Sequence record: NC_061451.1
Strand: one strand, 5' to 3'
Length of the DNA stretch: 64,000 nucleotides
The notes under the pieces are model-generated. The model saw only the letters and a program-made list of their open reading frames with translations. It was not told the origin of the DNA and ran no database searches. Both the position numbers and the translations under genes were made by a program. Of the stretch, positions 35,516 through 44,346 are shown piece by piece. Position 1 is the first letter of the stretch, and every line of letters begins with the position of its first letter.

Positions 35516-35617
35516 ATGATTAACAACTACTGCCCGTTTCGCGCTGTGATGTACCACGCTTCAATCATCCTTCTCGCCATTTGCTCTGGCGTTGTTTTAG
35601 CCCACGCACATTTCTGA
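35516..35617 (+). CDS. 33-aa hydrophobic peptide (below the ORF-track cutoff)
   Basis: GAGGA RBS 7 nt upstream; MINNYCPFRAVMYHASIILLAICSGVVLAHAHF. Confidence 0.5.
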   Translation: MINNYCPFRAVMYHASIILLAICSGVVLAHAHF

Positions 35618-35624
35618 GGTTATC

Positions 35625-35870
35625 ATGCAAGAGATAGAAATTCACGGCGAAGTTGAGATCGCCGACCTCATTGATAGCGAGTCAGTGACTAAGGCAATCG
35701 AACGTTTTCAACAAAACCCAACCGAACATAATCGTGTTCGTATGATCGTGGCAATCTCTGAACATGCTTACGATGAAATGGGAATCACTGTTGATATTTG
35801 TGGTAATTCAGATAGCGAGGAAGAAAATCATGATGCGCAACTTCACAGCAATCCTGCCAGTAACCTGTAA
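35625..35870 (+). CDS. acidic hypothetical protein
   Basis: GAGG RBS. Confidence 0.65.
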   Translation: MQEIEIHGEVEIADLIDSESVTKAIERFQQNPTEHNRVRMIVAISEHAYDEMGITVDICGNSDSEEENHDAQLHSNPASNL

Positions 35871-36969
35871 TGCCGATTGTTCATTCTGCCCTGAGAAAGA
35901 AATGGAGCAGAAAGCTACGAACCGCCAGTGGCTGACTAATCTCATTGCGCAGATTAATGATCATGCGGGTGAGTTCGACCACGTTTCTATTTCCGGCGGT
36001 GAACCTACGCTCAAGCCAAAGTTCCTGTTTGAAGTGATCGATGCGATTCGCACTCAAACGGATATCGATAAAGTTGGACTCACGTCAAATGGTCGCTTCC
36101 TGAATAAGCAAGACAGCATCTTCCAGTTCCTTGATCTGAACACAGACGACATGCTGGAAAGCAAGCTGTCCCATCTGAATATCAGCCGTCATTCATTCGA
36201 CGATGCCAAGAACAACGAGATCATGAAAGTGCGTTACACGTACACGCTTGATGACCTCGTGAAGTTTAGACGTCAACTCGGCACAAAGCTGAGCTTCCAC
36301 ATTAACTTTGTTATCAACGAGCACAACATCGATAACATTGAGTGGGAGTTTGCCCAGGCTAATCGATTCATGATGGAGAACCCGTGGATCGATGTAGTGT
36401 TCCGCGTTGACTATGCGAACGAAAAGCTGAATCGTCGTCTGCGTCGTTACGGCCTGTCTGTGCAAGCGTGGCGTGATGCAACTCGCGGCTCTATTCGTGA
36501 AGAACGCATAGCGCGTGAGAATCTGAAAAAGAAACCCAAACTCGTTCAGTTGTTTGATGGCGTGTTCAGCGGCACAACACAGGACAATGACGGTACATTT
36601 ACCGATGCGTGTCCAAGCTGTTTCGTACATCGCAGCCAGAAGATTCATAACAACCACGCGTGGCTCAAAGCATCCTCGTACGAACCGAACGTAGACGAAG
36701 AGGAATACACTGAGTACGTGTTCCACATGGACGGTGAGCTTTACTACGACTGGTCGCGTGCTGAGCCTGTGCCTGACGTAGAGAAGAAACCACGCAAACA
36801 CAAAGCCATTCGCATTGTCCAGAGAGAAGTGGAAGAAGATGATATGGATGAAGACATTCCTGCATCTTCTCGTATGGGTTGTCAGTATAGAACTGTCGGA
36901 TGTTCTTACGGTGAATCAGAATCTGCTGGTGGCTGCTCATTTAGAACTACTGGCAGCTGTAGCTTTTAA
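35830..36969 (+). CDS. radical SAM protein
   Basis: CNADCSFC (CX3CX2C); ISGGEPT; LTSNG; LNISRH. Confidence 0.92.
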   Translation: MMRNFTAILPVTCNADCSFCPEKEMEQKATNRQWLTNLIAQINDHAGEFDHVSISGGEPTLKPKFLFEVIDAIRTQTDIDKVGLTSNGRFLNKQDSIFQFLDLNTDDMLESKLSHLNISRHSFDDAKNNEIMKVRYTYTLDDLVKFRRQLGTKLSFHINFVINEHNIDNIEWEFAQANRFMMENPWIDVVFRVDYANEKLNRRLRRYGLSVQAWRDATRGSIREERIARENLKKKPKLVQLFDGVFSGTTQDNDGTFTDACPSCFVHRSQKIHNNHAWLKASSYEPNVDEEEYTEYVFHMDGELYYDWSRAEPVPDVEKKPRKHKAIRIVQREVEEDDMDEDIPASSRMGCQYRTVGCSYGESESAGGCSFRTTGSCSF

Positions 36970-36982
36970 TTAAGGAAAGATT

Positions 36983-37219
36983 ATGTCAGATCCAAAACCA
37001 AAACCAGAAGTAACAAAAGCTGATCTCCAACATCTGCTGCACGTAGCAGGTGCGTATGAAGGCAACGACCGCCATCGCTGGTACGCAATGTTCGTCGTGC
37101 TCAAACTGAAACGTCAGATGGACGGTCAGAACCTGCCTCGCTCTTGTGCTCATATTACGCATGAGAGCCAAGACTACGAGATCGAAGAGGCTTGCTACAA
37201 GCTGGGGTATTTATCATGA
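36983..37219 (+). CDS. hypothetical protein
   Basis: AAGG RBS. Confidence 0.65.
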   Translation: MSDPKPKPEVTKADLQHLLHVAGAYEGNDRHRWYAMFVVLKLKRQMDGQNLPRSCAHITHESQDYEIEEACYKLGYLS

Positions 37220-37581
37220 AAGAGCGCCGTAACTATTACTGGGATAGCCCGTTCTATTACGGGCTGATACTCTGGCGTAAGCGTATGCGCAATGTCGTGC
37301 TGTTTCTGATTGCTATCTTAATCTATCATGGCACGCACGCACCTGCCGTTGAGAACATGTGGATGTGGACAGGCACTATCTTCGGCATTCTCTTTCTCGT
37401 CTGCTATATCAAGATGTGGGAATACGAGCGCATGATTCTCGAAGCTATGGGGCCGCTGAATAATAACTGCGTTATCGGTGCTCTTAACTTTGAGAGTCTT
37501 GAGCGCCGCCATGCTGTTTGGTATCGGAAGAAATTTAAATCCGAACCACCTAAGACTAACACGTATTCGAGGGAAAACTAA
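37216..37581 (+). CDS. membrane protein
   Basis: Two transmembrane-like segments. Confidence 0.65.
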   Translation: MKERRNYYWDSPFYYGLILWRKRMRNVVLFLIAILIYHGTHAPAVENMWMWTGTIFGILFLVCYIKMWEYERMILEAMGPLNNNCVIGALNFESLERRHAVWYRKKFKSEPPKTNTYSREN

Positions 37582-37943
37582 TGCCACGTATGTTCACACA
37601 AACTCATCGCAACAAATATAAACTGACCGAAGCTGATGCAGACTATCACGGTGATGCCTGCGAAGCTGTCTACCTTGAAGGTATGGAGTTACTCAAAGAG
37701 CTTCACTATCTGAAAGGGCTTCTGCATGATCGTCACATTGCAGAAAAGCCGATGCCCATTCCTCCTGAGTCTAAGCGTTGGTCAAAGTGGATGGCTTGCA
37801 CGAAAATGTCACAGCTTGATGTGCGCTCCACTGACCGTCTGCGCAAGCGCTATCGTCGTGTCATGGAAGAACTCAAGATTGCCCGCGTGTCTTATACGTT
37901 GCTGCACACGGCACGACATGCACCGGCGGTCGAGGTTAAGTAA
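37581..37943 (+). CDS. hypothetical protein
   Basis: TAATG coupling. Confidence 0.65.
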   Translation: MPRMFTQTHRNKYKLTEADADYHGDACEAVYLEGMELLKELHYLKGLLHDRHIAEKPMPIPPESKRWSKWMACTKMSQLDVRSTDRLRKRYRRVMEELKIARVSYTLLHTARHAPAVEVK

Positions 37944-38224
37944 TGCAGTTTACTTCAAAAGAAGAAATAGACGAAACGTATGCAATGGTTGTTCATGCCA
38001 TGCTGGCCGCCCTTGTGCCTGACGATACTCGCACAAAAGACCAACGCGTTCTCGACTACGTGGCGAAGCACTTAGCGCCCAATAACATTTTTGACAGGGA
38101 TCTGTTTAGCATTACATTTGAACATCGGTTCAAGTTTCAAACAACACACAGGATGATGCGCAATGCTAAAGTGAGCGGCGCACCTTTTCTATATCTAAAG
38201 CAGGCTCATAGCCTAAAGAATTGA
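37943..38224 (+). CDS. hypothetical protein
   Basis: TAATG coupling. Confidence 0.6.
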   Translation: MQFTSKEEIDETYAMVVHAMLAALVPDDTRTKDQRVLDYVAKHLAPNNIFDRDLFSITFEHRFKFQTTHRMMRNAKVSGAPFLYLKQAHSLKN

Positions 38225-38234
38225 GGTTAGTATC

Positions 38235-38498
38235 ATGGCAGTAGGTTTCGCCAAAGATGATGACGTGTCCAACACCGTCGAAACAAACGTGCTGAATGAA
38301 ATCGACCGCGCTCGTTCTGAGTTGCGTGGCGCTGGTAGTTCGCATTGTATCAACCCTGACTGTGGTGCAGAGATTCCACTCATGCGCCGCGTAGCAATGC
38401 CGAACGCTCGCTACTGCGTTAGCTGTCAAGCACACCACGACGGTACGCCGACTGCTGGCTACAATCGTCGTGGTTCCAAAGATTCTCAACTGAGGTAG
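38235..38498 (+). CDS. ybiI: DksA/TraR C4 zinc-finger protein, YbiI-like
   Basis: C..C.EIP..RR.A.P....C..CQ; C-terminal GYNRRGSKDSQLR as recalled for enterobacterial YbiI. Confidence 0.85.
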   Translation: MAVGFAKDDDVSNTVETNVLNEIDRARSELRGAGSSHCINPDCGAEIPLMRRVAMPNARYCVSCQAHHDGTPTAGYNRRGSKDSQLR

Positions 38499-38503
38499 AA
38501 ACT

Positions 38504-38812
38504 ATGTTAAGCAAACTTTGGGCTGCCTTAGGGATAACTTATCCGTCAGTCGATAGCGCCCTACTCAAGAATGCAAAGTGTGTGCGTATAGGTCAGGACG
38601 GCTACTGCATTCGCTCTGCTTCTGGTTTTGCAGAAGCACTTACCCATCATATGGCCCGAGACTATGTTACTTTGGCCTCTGACACTGAGGCTAGAAAGAA
38701 GATTGTTGACCGAGCACAGTCTTTGACATACCCATGCGTTGTTTGGTTCACTGGTCATGATTTTAATTCTATGTCTGTGGGTGATCCAAACATGGCCTAC
38801 CCGGTACAATAG
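38504..38812 (+). CDS. hypothetical protein
   Basis: GAGG RBS. Confidence 0.65.
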   Translation: MLSKLWAALGITYPSVDSALLKNAKCVRIGQDGYCIRSASGFAEALTHHMARDYVTLASDTEARKKIVDRAQSLTYPCVVWFTGHDFNSMSVGDPNMAYPVQ

Positions 38813-38831
38813 AAAACACGTGGAGAATAAA

Positions 38832-38972
38832 ATGTCCGAACCAGACAGAGAGAGTGAAGTACCTTGTGCGCGATGCACTAAGCCCACACCTGTTGTTGAT
38901 TTGGGTGGGCCTTACGGTGATCTGTGTGATGACTGTGTAACGCTGATGCGTGAAGAACAGGAGGAAGAATGA
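38832..38972 (+). CDS. small zinc-finger protein
   Basis: CARC...CDDC; GGAG RBS. Confidence 0.6.
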   Translation: MSEPDRESEVPCARCTKPTPVVDLGGPYGDLCDDCVTLMREEQEEE

Positions 38973-39151
38973 AACTGTCCGAATCTGAGTTAGAGTCTTT
39001 GCGTTTTCGTATGCGTCTGCGTGAGCAACCCAAGCCGATGCCTGACACGCACAAAATGCCAGACAAGAAGTTTGACAGTCATAAGCTGGACAAGTCCACT
39101 GATATGACGCTCGGCGATGTTCGCCACCACTTCCCTCCAAAAGGAAATTGA
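38969..39151 (+). CDS. hypothetical protein
   Basis: ATGA coupling; GAGG RBS. Confidence 0.55.
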   Translation: MKLSESELESLRFRMRLREQPKPMPDTHKMPDKKFDSHKLDKSTDMTLGDVRHHFPPKGN

Positions 39152-39152
39152 A

Positions 39153-39485
39153 ATGGAAGAGATTCTTGATGTTGACAGCAAGATGTATGCTGTCTATGAC
39201 GGTCACGTTGTTACCAACTATCATCATGAAGGTAGCGGCGTGATGTACATCGAAGACAGCTTCTGGCTCAGCTTGAATCTGCGCGATGATCTTTTCCCTG
39301 CGCCTGCAACTCGTTTGGCGCATTACAAAAACATACACACTCGTTCTATTGATCGCGTCCGTGTTAGCACCCTTCAGGATATACGCGAATCCTTGTATAA
39401 GGTTCGTCACTATATTCGTTGGTTCGAGTATATCTCCGAAGATAAGCTGCAAGGTTTGCAGCACCTGTTCCGCGAACCTGATTAA
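39153..39485 (+). CDS. hypothetical protein
   Basis: AAGG RBS. Confidence 0.65.
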   Translation: MEEILDVDSKMYAVYDGHVVTNYHHEGSGVMYIEDSFWLSLNLRDDLFPAPATRLAHYKNIHTRSIDRVRVSTLQDIRESLYKVRHYIRWFEYISEDKLQGLQHLFREPD

Positions 39486-39543
39486 AGGTAACGCTCATGT
39501 GTTTGCTAGTCAATTTCCTCAAGGACGAGGGTACGATGCGTAT

Positions 39544-39551
39544 CTGTAAAC
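39544..39551 (+). promoter_or_regulatory. CTGTAAAC candidate promoter box
   Basis: Intergenic, about 30 nt upstream of 39583. Confidence 0.45.
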
Positions 39552-39582
39552 GTATACAACAACCCAACTAAAGGTAGCGATC

Positions 39583-39948
39583 ATGATTTCTCGAATCAGT
39601 AATCTCCTCTTTGCCGAATCAATGTCCGTTGAGCAGTTAGCGCAGGCATTGCGTATTGAAAACTTCAACGCGACTGTTCGTGGTGAGTTCAAGTTGGTTG
39701 CTGGCACTAACTCCAGTGGCTATATTACTTCTGCACTGTCAGGCCCTGTCGAAGTGCTGCGCGACCTGAAAGGCGTTCAGACTTTGAAAGATGCAGGATT
39801 CTCTGACCCTGACATTGCACTCGCTCTCGGCATCGACCGTTTGCGTCTCAAGAAAGTTTATAACGAGGCACGCAAGAGCAACAAGAAGCCTGTTGAGCCG
39901 GCTCCAGTGCAGCGTACCTCTAAAGCAATTTCACTCGACGATCTGTAA
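39583..39948 (+). CDS. helix-turn-helix protein
   Basis: MSVEQLAQALRI and GFSDPDIALALGI. Confidence 0.55.
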   Translation: MISRISNLLFAESMSVEQLAQALRIENFNATVRGEFKLVAGTNSSGYITSALSGPVEVLRDLKGVQTLKDAGFSDPDIALALGIDRLRLKKVYNEARKSNKKPVEPAPVQRTSKAISLDDL

Positions 39949-39958
39949 GGAAACAATC

Positions 39959-40663
39959 ATGACAAGTAAATTTGAAAAGTCGGATGCATCTACTCGCCGC
40001 GCCGAACTGCTGGTACTGATGTGTGAGATCTACACGTCATTGCGTGACCAGTCGTTGTCTGAGTCAGAGACAAAAGCCTTTGCGTTGTTCAAAGACATTA
40101 TGGATTTGGCTGACGTGCGCACAGTCGATGCCGTGTTTTCTGAAATCGAACACGAACTGGATCCTAAAGTTGAAGGTCTGCTGAATTATGTCCACAGAAC
40201 GTTTATGCTGCATGACACTCTGTGCAAAGCTGAGGCAGAAGCCGCAGCAAAACTCAAAGCTGAGGAGGCGCGTGAGCATGTACGCAAACACACGTACAAG
40301 CCTCCTGTGGAAAAGCTCATTAGTAAAGAGCAGATAACCGAACTGTGTGCAGGCCTGACTGCATACGTTGAACGCGAAGATGTTCGACCTAAAGTCAACG
40401 TCGATCTTATCGATGATATCCTCGAATCGTTGGACAAGAACTACACGTTCATCGACACGCTCGACCTGTCCAATCACCTTGAAGGTGAAGATCTGAAAAC
40501 TGCCGTCAAGCTGATTGAAGACGCAGTGACCGAGAGCCACCAACCACTGAAAGAAGTCATGGACACTATCTGGTGCCACATGGCTAAACGCGATTTGCCT
40601 GCCGTTGACTTCTTTGACCAATACGGCAATGCCGAAGATGAGAACTATGCACTTGCACCTTAA
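39959..40663 (+). CDS. helical acidic hypothetical protein
   Basis: AAGG RBS; 234 aa. Confidence 0.75.
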   Translation: MTSKFEKSDASTRRAELLVLMCEIYTSLRDQSLSESETKAFALFKDIMDLADVRTVDAVFSEIEHELDPKVEGLLNYVHRTFMLHDTLCKAEAEAAAKLKAEEAREHVRKHTYKPPVEKLISKEQITELCAGLTAYVEREDVRPKVNVDLIDDILESLDKNYTFIDTLDLSNHLEGEDLKTAVKLIEDAVTESHQPLKEVMDTIWCHMAKRDLPAVDFFDQYGNAEDENYALAP

Positions 40664-40844
40664 ACGTTATTGGCGGGCACTCATTGTGTTGCTCGTCGTT
40701 TTCATCATTAGTTGTTTGCTGCCCATTCTTGAAGTGCGCAACCCAACACTGACTCTTATCGTGGTCGTGATTGTTGCCTGCTACTTCATTGCAGTCTGGG
40801 CATACAAACCTGTTAAAGCAATTAAGGAAGAGTTGGATGACTAG
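40647..40844 (+). CDS. small membrane protein
   Basis: Two transmembrane-like segments. Confidence 0.6.
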   Translation: MHLHLKRYWRALIVLLVVFIISCLLPILEVRNPTLTLIVVVIVACYFIAVWAYKPVKAIKEELDD

Positions 40845-41394
40845 TCGTAAGAACGAGGTCAAGTTGACTGACGCTGAGATAGCCGCAGGCGCACGGCAGA
40901 TACTTGAGATGCTGGTTAGTATGCGTCTCAGTGCGCATCATCAGGATGTCGGCTATGAAACGCTGTACACCGATTCTTTGGGTGAGACGCAGGGCGGTTG
41001 GTACGTAGCATTCGACAGCATGAGCCGTACTCGACTCAAAGAATCCAAAGCTGTATCGTGGCGCAACGTTGGCATGGTCTCTGGTGATTCGCTCGAAGAT
41101 GTTCTCACAACGCTACGAACGCTCCGCCGCGATATGTCCAATCGCGTACATGCGCCCACACCAGAAGAACGTGAGCGCGTACTCAACTTGCGTGATAGCA
41201 ACATACGCAACGCACTGACTAAGTTCCACAAGGGTGAGTCGCTGTCTGATGGTGAACTCAACCTGAGCATTAAGCATTTTCAGTCGTTAGAGAATGCGCT
41301 TCGCGTAGATGAGTTGTTGCAACTTGCAGCACCCTACATTACTCAGAATCTCAACGTGCTCTTAGGATATAAAGAAGCACGCCGTCGCAAATAA
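40837..41394 (+). CDS. hypothetical protein
   Basis: Overlaps the upstream stop. Confidence 0.7.
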   Translation: MTSRKNEVKLTDAEIAAGARQILEMLVSMRLSAHHQDVGYETLYTDSLGETQGGWYVAFDSMSRTRLKESKAVSWRNVGMVSGDSLEDVLTTLRTLRRDMSNRVHAPTPEERERVLNLRDSNIRNALTKFHKGESLSDGELNLSIKHFQSLENALRVDELLQLAAPYITQNLNVLLGYKEARRRK

Positions 41395-41399
41395 CAATC

Positions 41400-41430
41400 G
41401 GGAGATCCCTAACAAGGGGTTTCCCTTTTT
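41400..41430 (+). terminator. intrinsic terminator
   Basis: GGGAGATCCCT-AACA-AGGGGTTTCCC-TTTTT. Confidence 0.8.
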
Positions 41431-41450
41431 GCATTTCTGGAGCAAATTTT

Positions 41451-42431
41451 ATGCGTTTTGGTTTCGCCTGCAAACTGCTTGATGACAACGGTAAACAACC
41501 GTACACGAACAAGAGCCTGAGCTATGCTCACTTCTCCAAGCTGTCTCAGACAGAGCAGCAAGAAAAGCTGGTGCTCGTCGTCACACACAATCTGACCTCG
41601 TTACTTGAGATGATCAGACACGTTGGTCGTCTGCGTACAGACTTGCGCATGTTTCGAATCACAAGCGAGCTACTTCCGCTGTTCACGCACCCGATGGTCA
41701 CACGCATGTATCTCCAAACACACATGACCAAACTGACAGACACGATGTTGGCAACATGTGGTGCAGCGGCTAGACGTCTTGGTGTTCGACTGTCATTCCA
41801 CCCTGGTCAGTTTACCGTGCTTGCGTCTGACCGACCCGACGTTATGCTCAACTCGATTAACGAAATGGAATATCACGCCTACTGTGCGCAGGCTATGGGC
41901 TACGGTCGTAAGTTCCAAGATTTCAAAATCAACATTCATTTGAGTGGTCGTCGTGGTGCCACAGGTTTCAGAGACGCCTACTCTCGTCTAAGCGATCATT
42001 GTCGCAAGATGATCACGGTAGAGAATGACGAGTACACTTCCTCGATCGAGGATTGTCTTGAGCTTGCCGACATTTGTCCTGTTGTTCTCGACATTCACCA
42101 TCACTGGGTAATGACTAACGAATACATTCAGCCGACCGATGATCGTGTTCAACGTGTCATTGACTCGTGGCGAGGCGTTCGCCCTGTTGCGCATTACTCT
42201 GTGTCACGCCCAGAGTTCATACCGTCTACAGGTCTGCCTGATCAGAACAAGCTAGAAGCAAAGTCTGCCTCGCTGCGTGCTCATTCTGACTACTACCACA
42301 ATGACAGCGTAAACGAGTGGGCCCTCAGCTTCGAGCAATTCGACCTGATGTGCGAGTCTAAAGCGAAGAATCTAGCACGCACGAAACTAGCCCTTTTTAA
42401 GGGCAACTCTGCACAAATATGGTCAAAATAA
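41451..42431 (+). CDS. uvsE: UV damage endonuclease (UVDE/UvsE)
   Basis: FRITSELLP; RLSFHPGQF; ENDE; DIHHH; HSD; ESKAKNLA. Confidence 0.93.
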   Translation: MRFGFACKLLDDNGKQPYTNKSLSYAHFSKLSQTEQQEKLVLVVTHNLTSLLEMIRHVGRLRTDLRMFRITSELLPLFTHPMVTRMYLQTHMTKLTDTMLATCGAAARRLGVRLSFHPGQFTVLASDRPDVMLNSINEMEYHAYCAQAMGYGRKFQDFKINIHLSGRRGATGFRDAYSRLSDHCRKMITVENDEYTSSIEDCLELADICPVVLDIHHHWVMTNEYIQPTDDRVQRVIDSWRGVRPVAHYSVSRPEFIPSTGLPDQNKLEAKSASLRAHSDYYHNDSVNEWALSFEQFDLMCESKAKNLARTKLALFKGNSAQIWSK

Positions 42432-42464
42432 GGCTTGTTTTAGAAGGTGCCCCTATGATACACT
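42411..42464 (+). promoter_or_regulatory. early promoter, family member 5
   Basis: GCACAAATATGGTCAAAAT-N5-TTGTTT-N18-TACACT with extended TG. Confidence 0.8.
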
Positions 42465-42515
42465 GATTACGAGCACTGTATGCTCGTTTCTACTGATTCA
42501 AGAGGATAAGACAAT

Positions 42516-42812
42516 ATGTTCATTACAACTCTAAACGCAAACACTGCGAAACCTGCACCGAAAGCAATCAACCACATGAACCTCGACCTTGCACCTTCTG
42601 GTCGCATTTCTTGTGTCTGGCCTGGCGCACTCGATGTTCCTGCGAACATCAAACGTTTCTGCCGTGCTTGTGAAATCATTACCGACCTTGACCCATGTAT
42701 GCGTCTTCGTTTCAAAGGTCGTCGCTCTGACGTTCTGGCGCTCATTACCAAGATCGCTCCTGACAACCCTGACCTCGCAGCGCGAATTGCGGGCACTATC
42801 ACTGAGGCTTAA
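42516..42812 (+). CDS. hypothetical protein
   Basis: GAGGA RBS; first gene after the promoter. Confidence 0.75.
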   Translation: MFITTLNANTAKPAPKAINHMNLDLAPSGRISCVWPGALDVPANIKRFCRACEIITDLDPCMRLRFKGRRSDVLALITKIAPDNPDLAARIAGTITEA

Positions 42813-42813
42813 A

Positions 42814-43077
42814 ATGAAAATCCCCTGTCTGAATGCTGTGTATGGTATTACGAACACCAATACTCCACTCGTGGATAAACGCGGCTTTCGTTGTATTGAA
42901 TCGAAATATGTTGACGGAACGGAGGTTAGATTACAACGACAAGCCCATGACATTCATGAACGTGTGGTAGTGGCCTATGACCAGTATGGTCGTGCAGTGT
43001 ATGGAACACTGACTCCGCCCGCATCGTTCGAAGTGCGTGACAGCAAGGAAAGCGACCAATATAACAAGGCGCCCTAG
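42814..43077 (+). CDS. hypothetical protein
   Basis: GAGG RBS. Confidence 0.6.
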   Translation: MKIPCLNAVYGITNTNTPLVDKRGFRCIESKYVDGTEVRLQRQAHDIHERVVVAYDQYGRAVYGTLTPPASFEVRDSKESDQYNKAP

Positions 43078-43155
43078 CAAGCTCACAACGAAGCCATAGA
43101 ATGAATACTAAGAAGTCTAACAATTCATGCGCTGACCTACTCGTGGGGTGTCAAA

Positions 43156-43533
43156 ATGATCGTAGTATGTAACTCTTCAAAGGAATTTTCTGTTGAACGT
43201 TTGAAACACGGGGACGCATTTGTATTCGGCAAGACGCGAATGCTTCTGCGAGCGGACTATCTGATACTAACAGATAAGCACAATGCTTTTTACGTGGTTC
43301 GCAAATCTGATGTTGTTTGGGCTCCCGAATTAACTGGCGCTACGCACATGATTAAGATCAGGGCGTATGCCCAGATTAAGCCGTTCGAACTCCATGCAGC
43401 ATGTCCACAGTTCAATGGTCGTGTTTACGGAACAATCGCTTTCCGTAACCCACACTTTGAACATAGAATGAATACACTTCGTTATAGTGAGACAATCTTT
43501 GGAGGTCAACATGGCACGGTATCATGTGTTTAG
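43156..43533 (+). CDS. hypothetical protein
   Basis: Co-oriented ORF. Confidence 0.6.
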   Translation: MIVVCNSSKEFSVERLKHGDAFVFGKTRMLLRADYLILTDKHNAFYVVRKSDVVWAPELTGATHMIKIRAYAQIKPFELHAACPQFNGRVYGTIAFRNPHFEHRMNTLRYSETIFGGQHGTVSCV

Positions 43534-43759
43534 TGCAGAAAGCAAATACTACGGCGAAGCATACGAGGGAACGCACTTAAAAGCGATTGACCTCGGGTAC
43601 CCAGTTACCCACGCCGAGTTTAAAAATTTCGAGAGTGCTAAGGAATGCGCAGATAAGTTACATGAGGTTTGCGATATGGGCTGGATTGTATACAACGCTT
43701 TTTCAGAAGTACCTGTATACGACAGCCGCACTATTGAAGGTGAGTCTGTAAATAACTAA
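43511..43759 (+). CDS. hypothetical protein
   Basis: GGAGG RBS. Confidence 0.7.
   Translation: MARYHVFSAESKYYGEAYEGTHLKAIDLGYPVTHAEFKNFESAKECADKLHEVCDMGWIVYNAFSEVPVYDSRTIEGESVNN
43746..43753 (+). promoter_or_regulatory. CTGTAAAT candidate promoter box
   Basis: At the 3' end of the upstream gene, before a structured leader and ORF 43831. Confidence 0.4.
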
Positions 43760-43830
43760 CAGACGACCTTGCATCTTCCGTGTGATGCTTACGGGCGTCA
43801 CGCACATTCACTGTGATAATGAGGTTCAAA

Positions 43831-44346
43831 ATGAAATACGCTTCAATCGTTCTTGCTACTCTGCTTGCCACTTCTTTCGCTGCGTCTGCCGCTAACTATA
43901 AAGCACCAGCGCCTGTTAAGGGTATGCAGTCTAGCGGTATGCACATCGATGATCAACTGGACGATAGCTGCCAGACCAAACTGTCTCAAGCCATCGACTT
44001 GCGCGACTCTGTTGTTGACTTCACTGTTAGTCGCAATCAGATTGATACTGTGGCCGCTTGGCCGCTTGTGTGTTCCCCAACAGTCGAAGCAAAGACTGTT
44101 AGTGTTGAGCGTATGGGTTCTGACCTGACGATCACTTACGTTAACAACGACGACACGCTGCACCCGCTGACTCTGACATTGCAGCGTGTTGAATCTGAAT
44201 CCGAAGATGACGCACCAGCGTATCAGATCGTCCAAGTAGGCGACATGAACGCAATGGGTTATCAAGAGCAGGCTGACGTTAAAGATTGGCTGCTGGACTG
44301 TTACGCTGCTACGTTGCAGACTGGCATTCCACTGAGCATGAACTAA
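43831..44346 (+). CDS. secreted/periplasmic protein
   Basis: Sec signal peptide MKYASIVLATLLATSFAASA (AxA cleavage site). Confidence 0.75.
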   Translation: MKYASIVLATLLATSFAASAANYKAPAPVKGMQSSGMHIDDQLDDSCQTKLSQAIDLRDSVVDFTVSRNQIDTVAAWPLVCSPTVEAKTVSVERMGSDLTITYVNNDDTLHPLTLTLQRVESESEDDAPAYQIVQVGDMNAMGYQEQADVKDWLLDCYAATLQTGIPLSMN

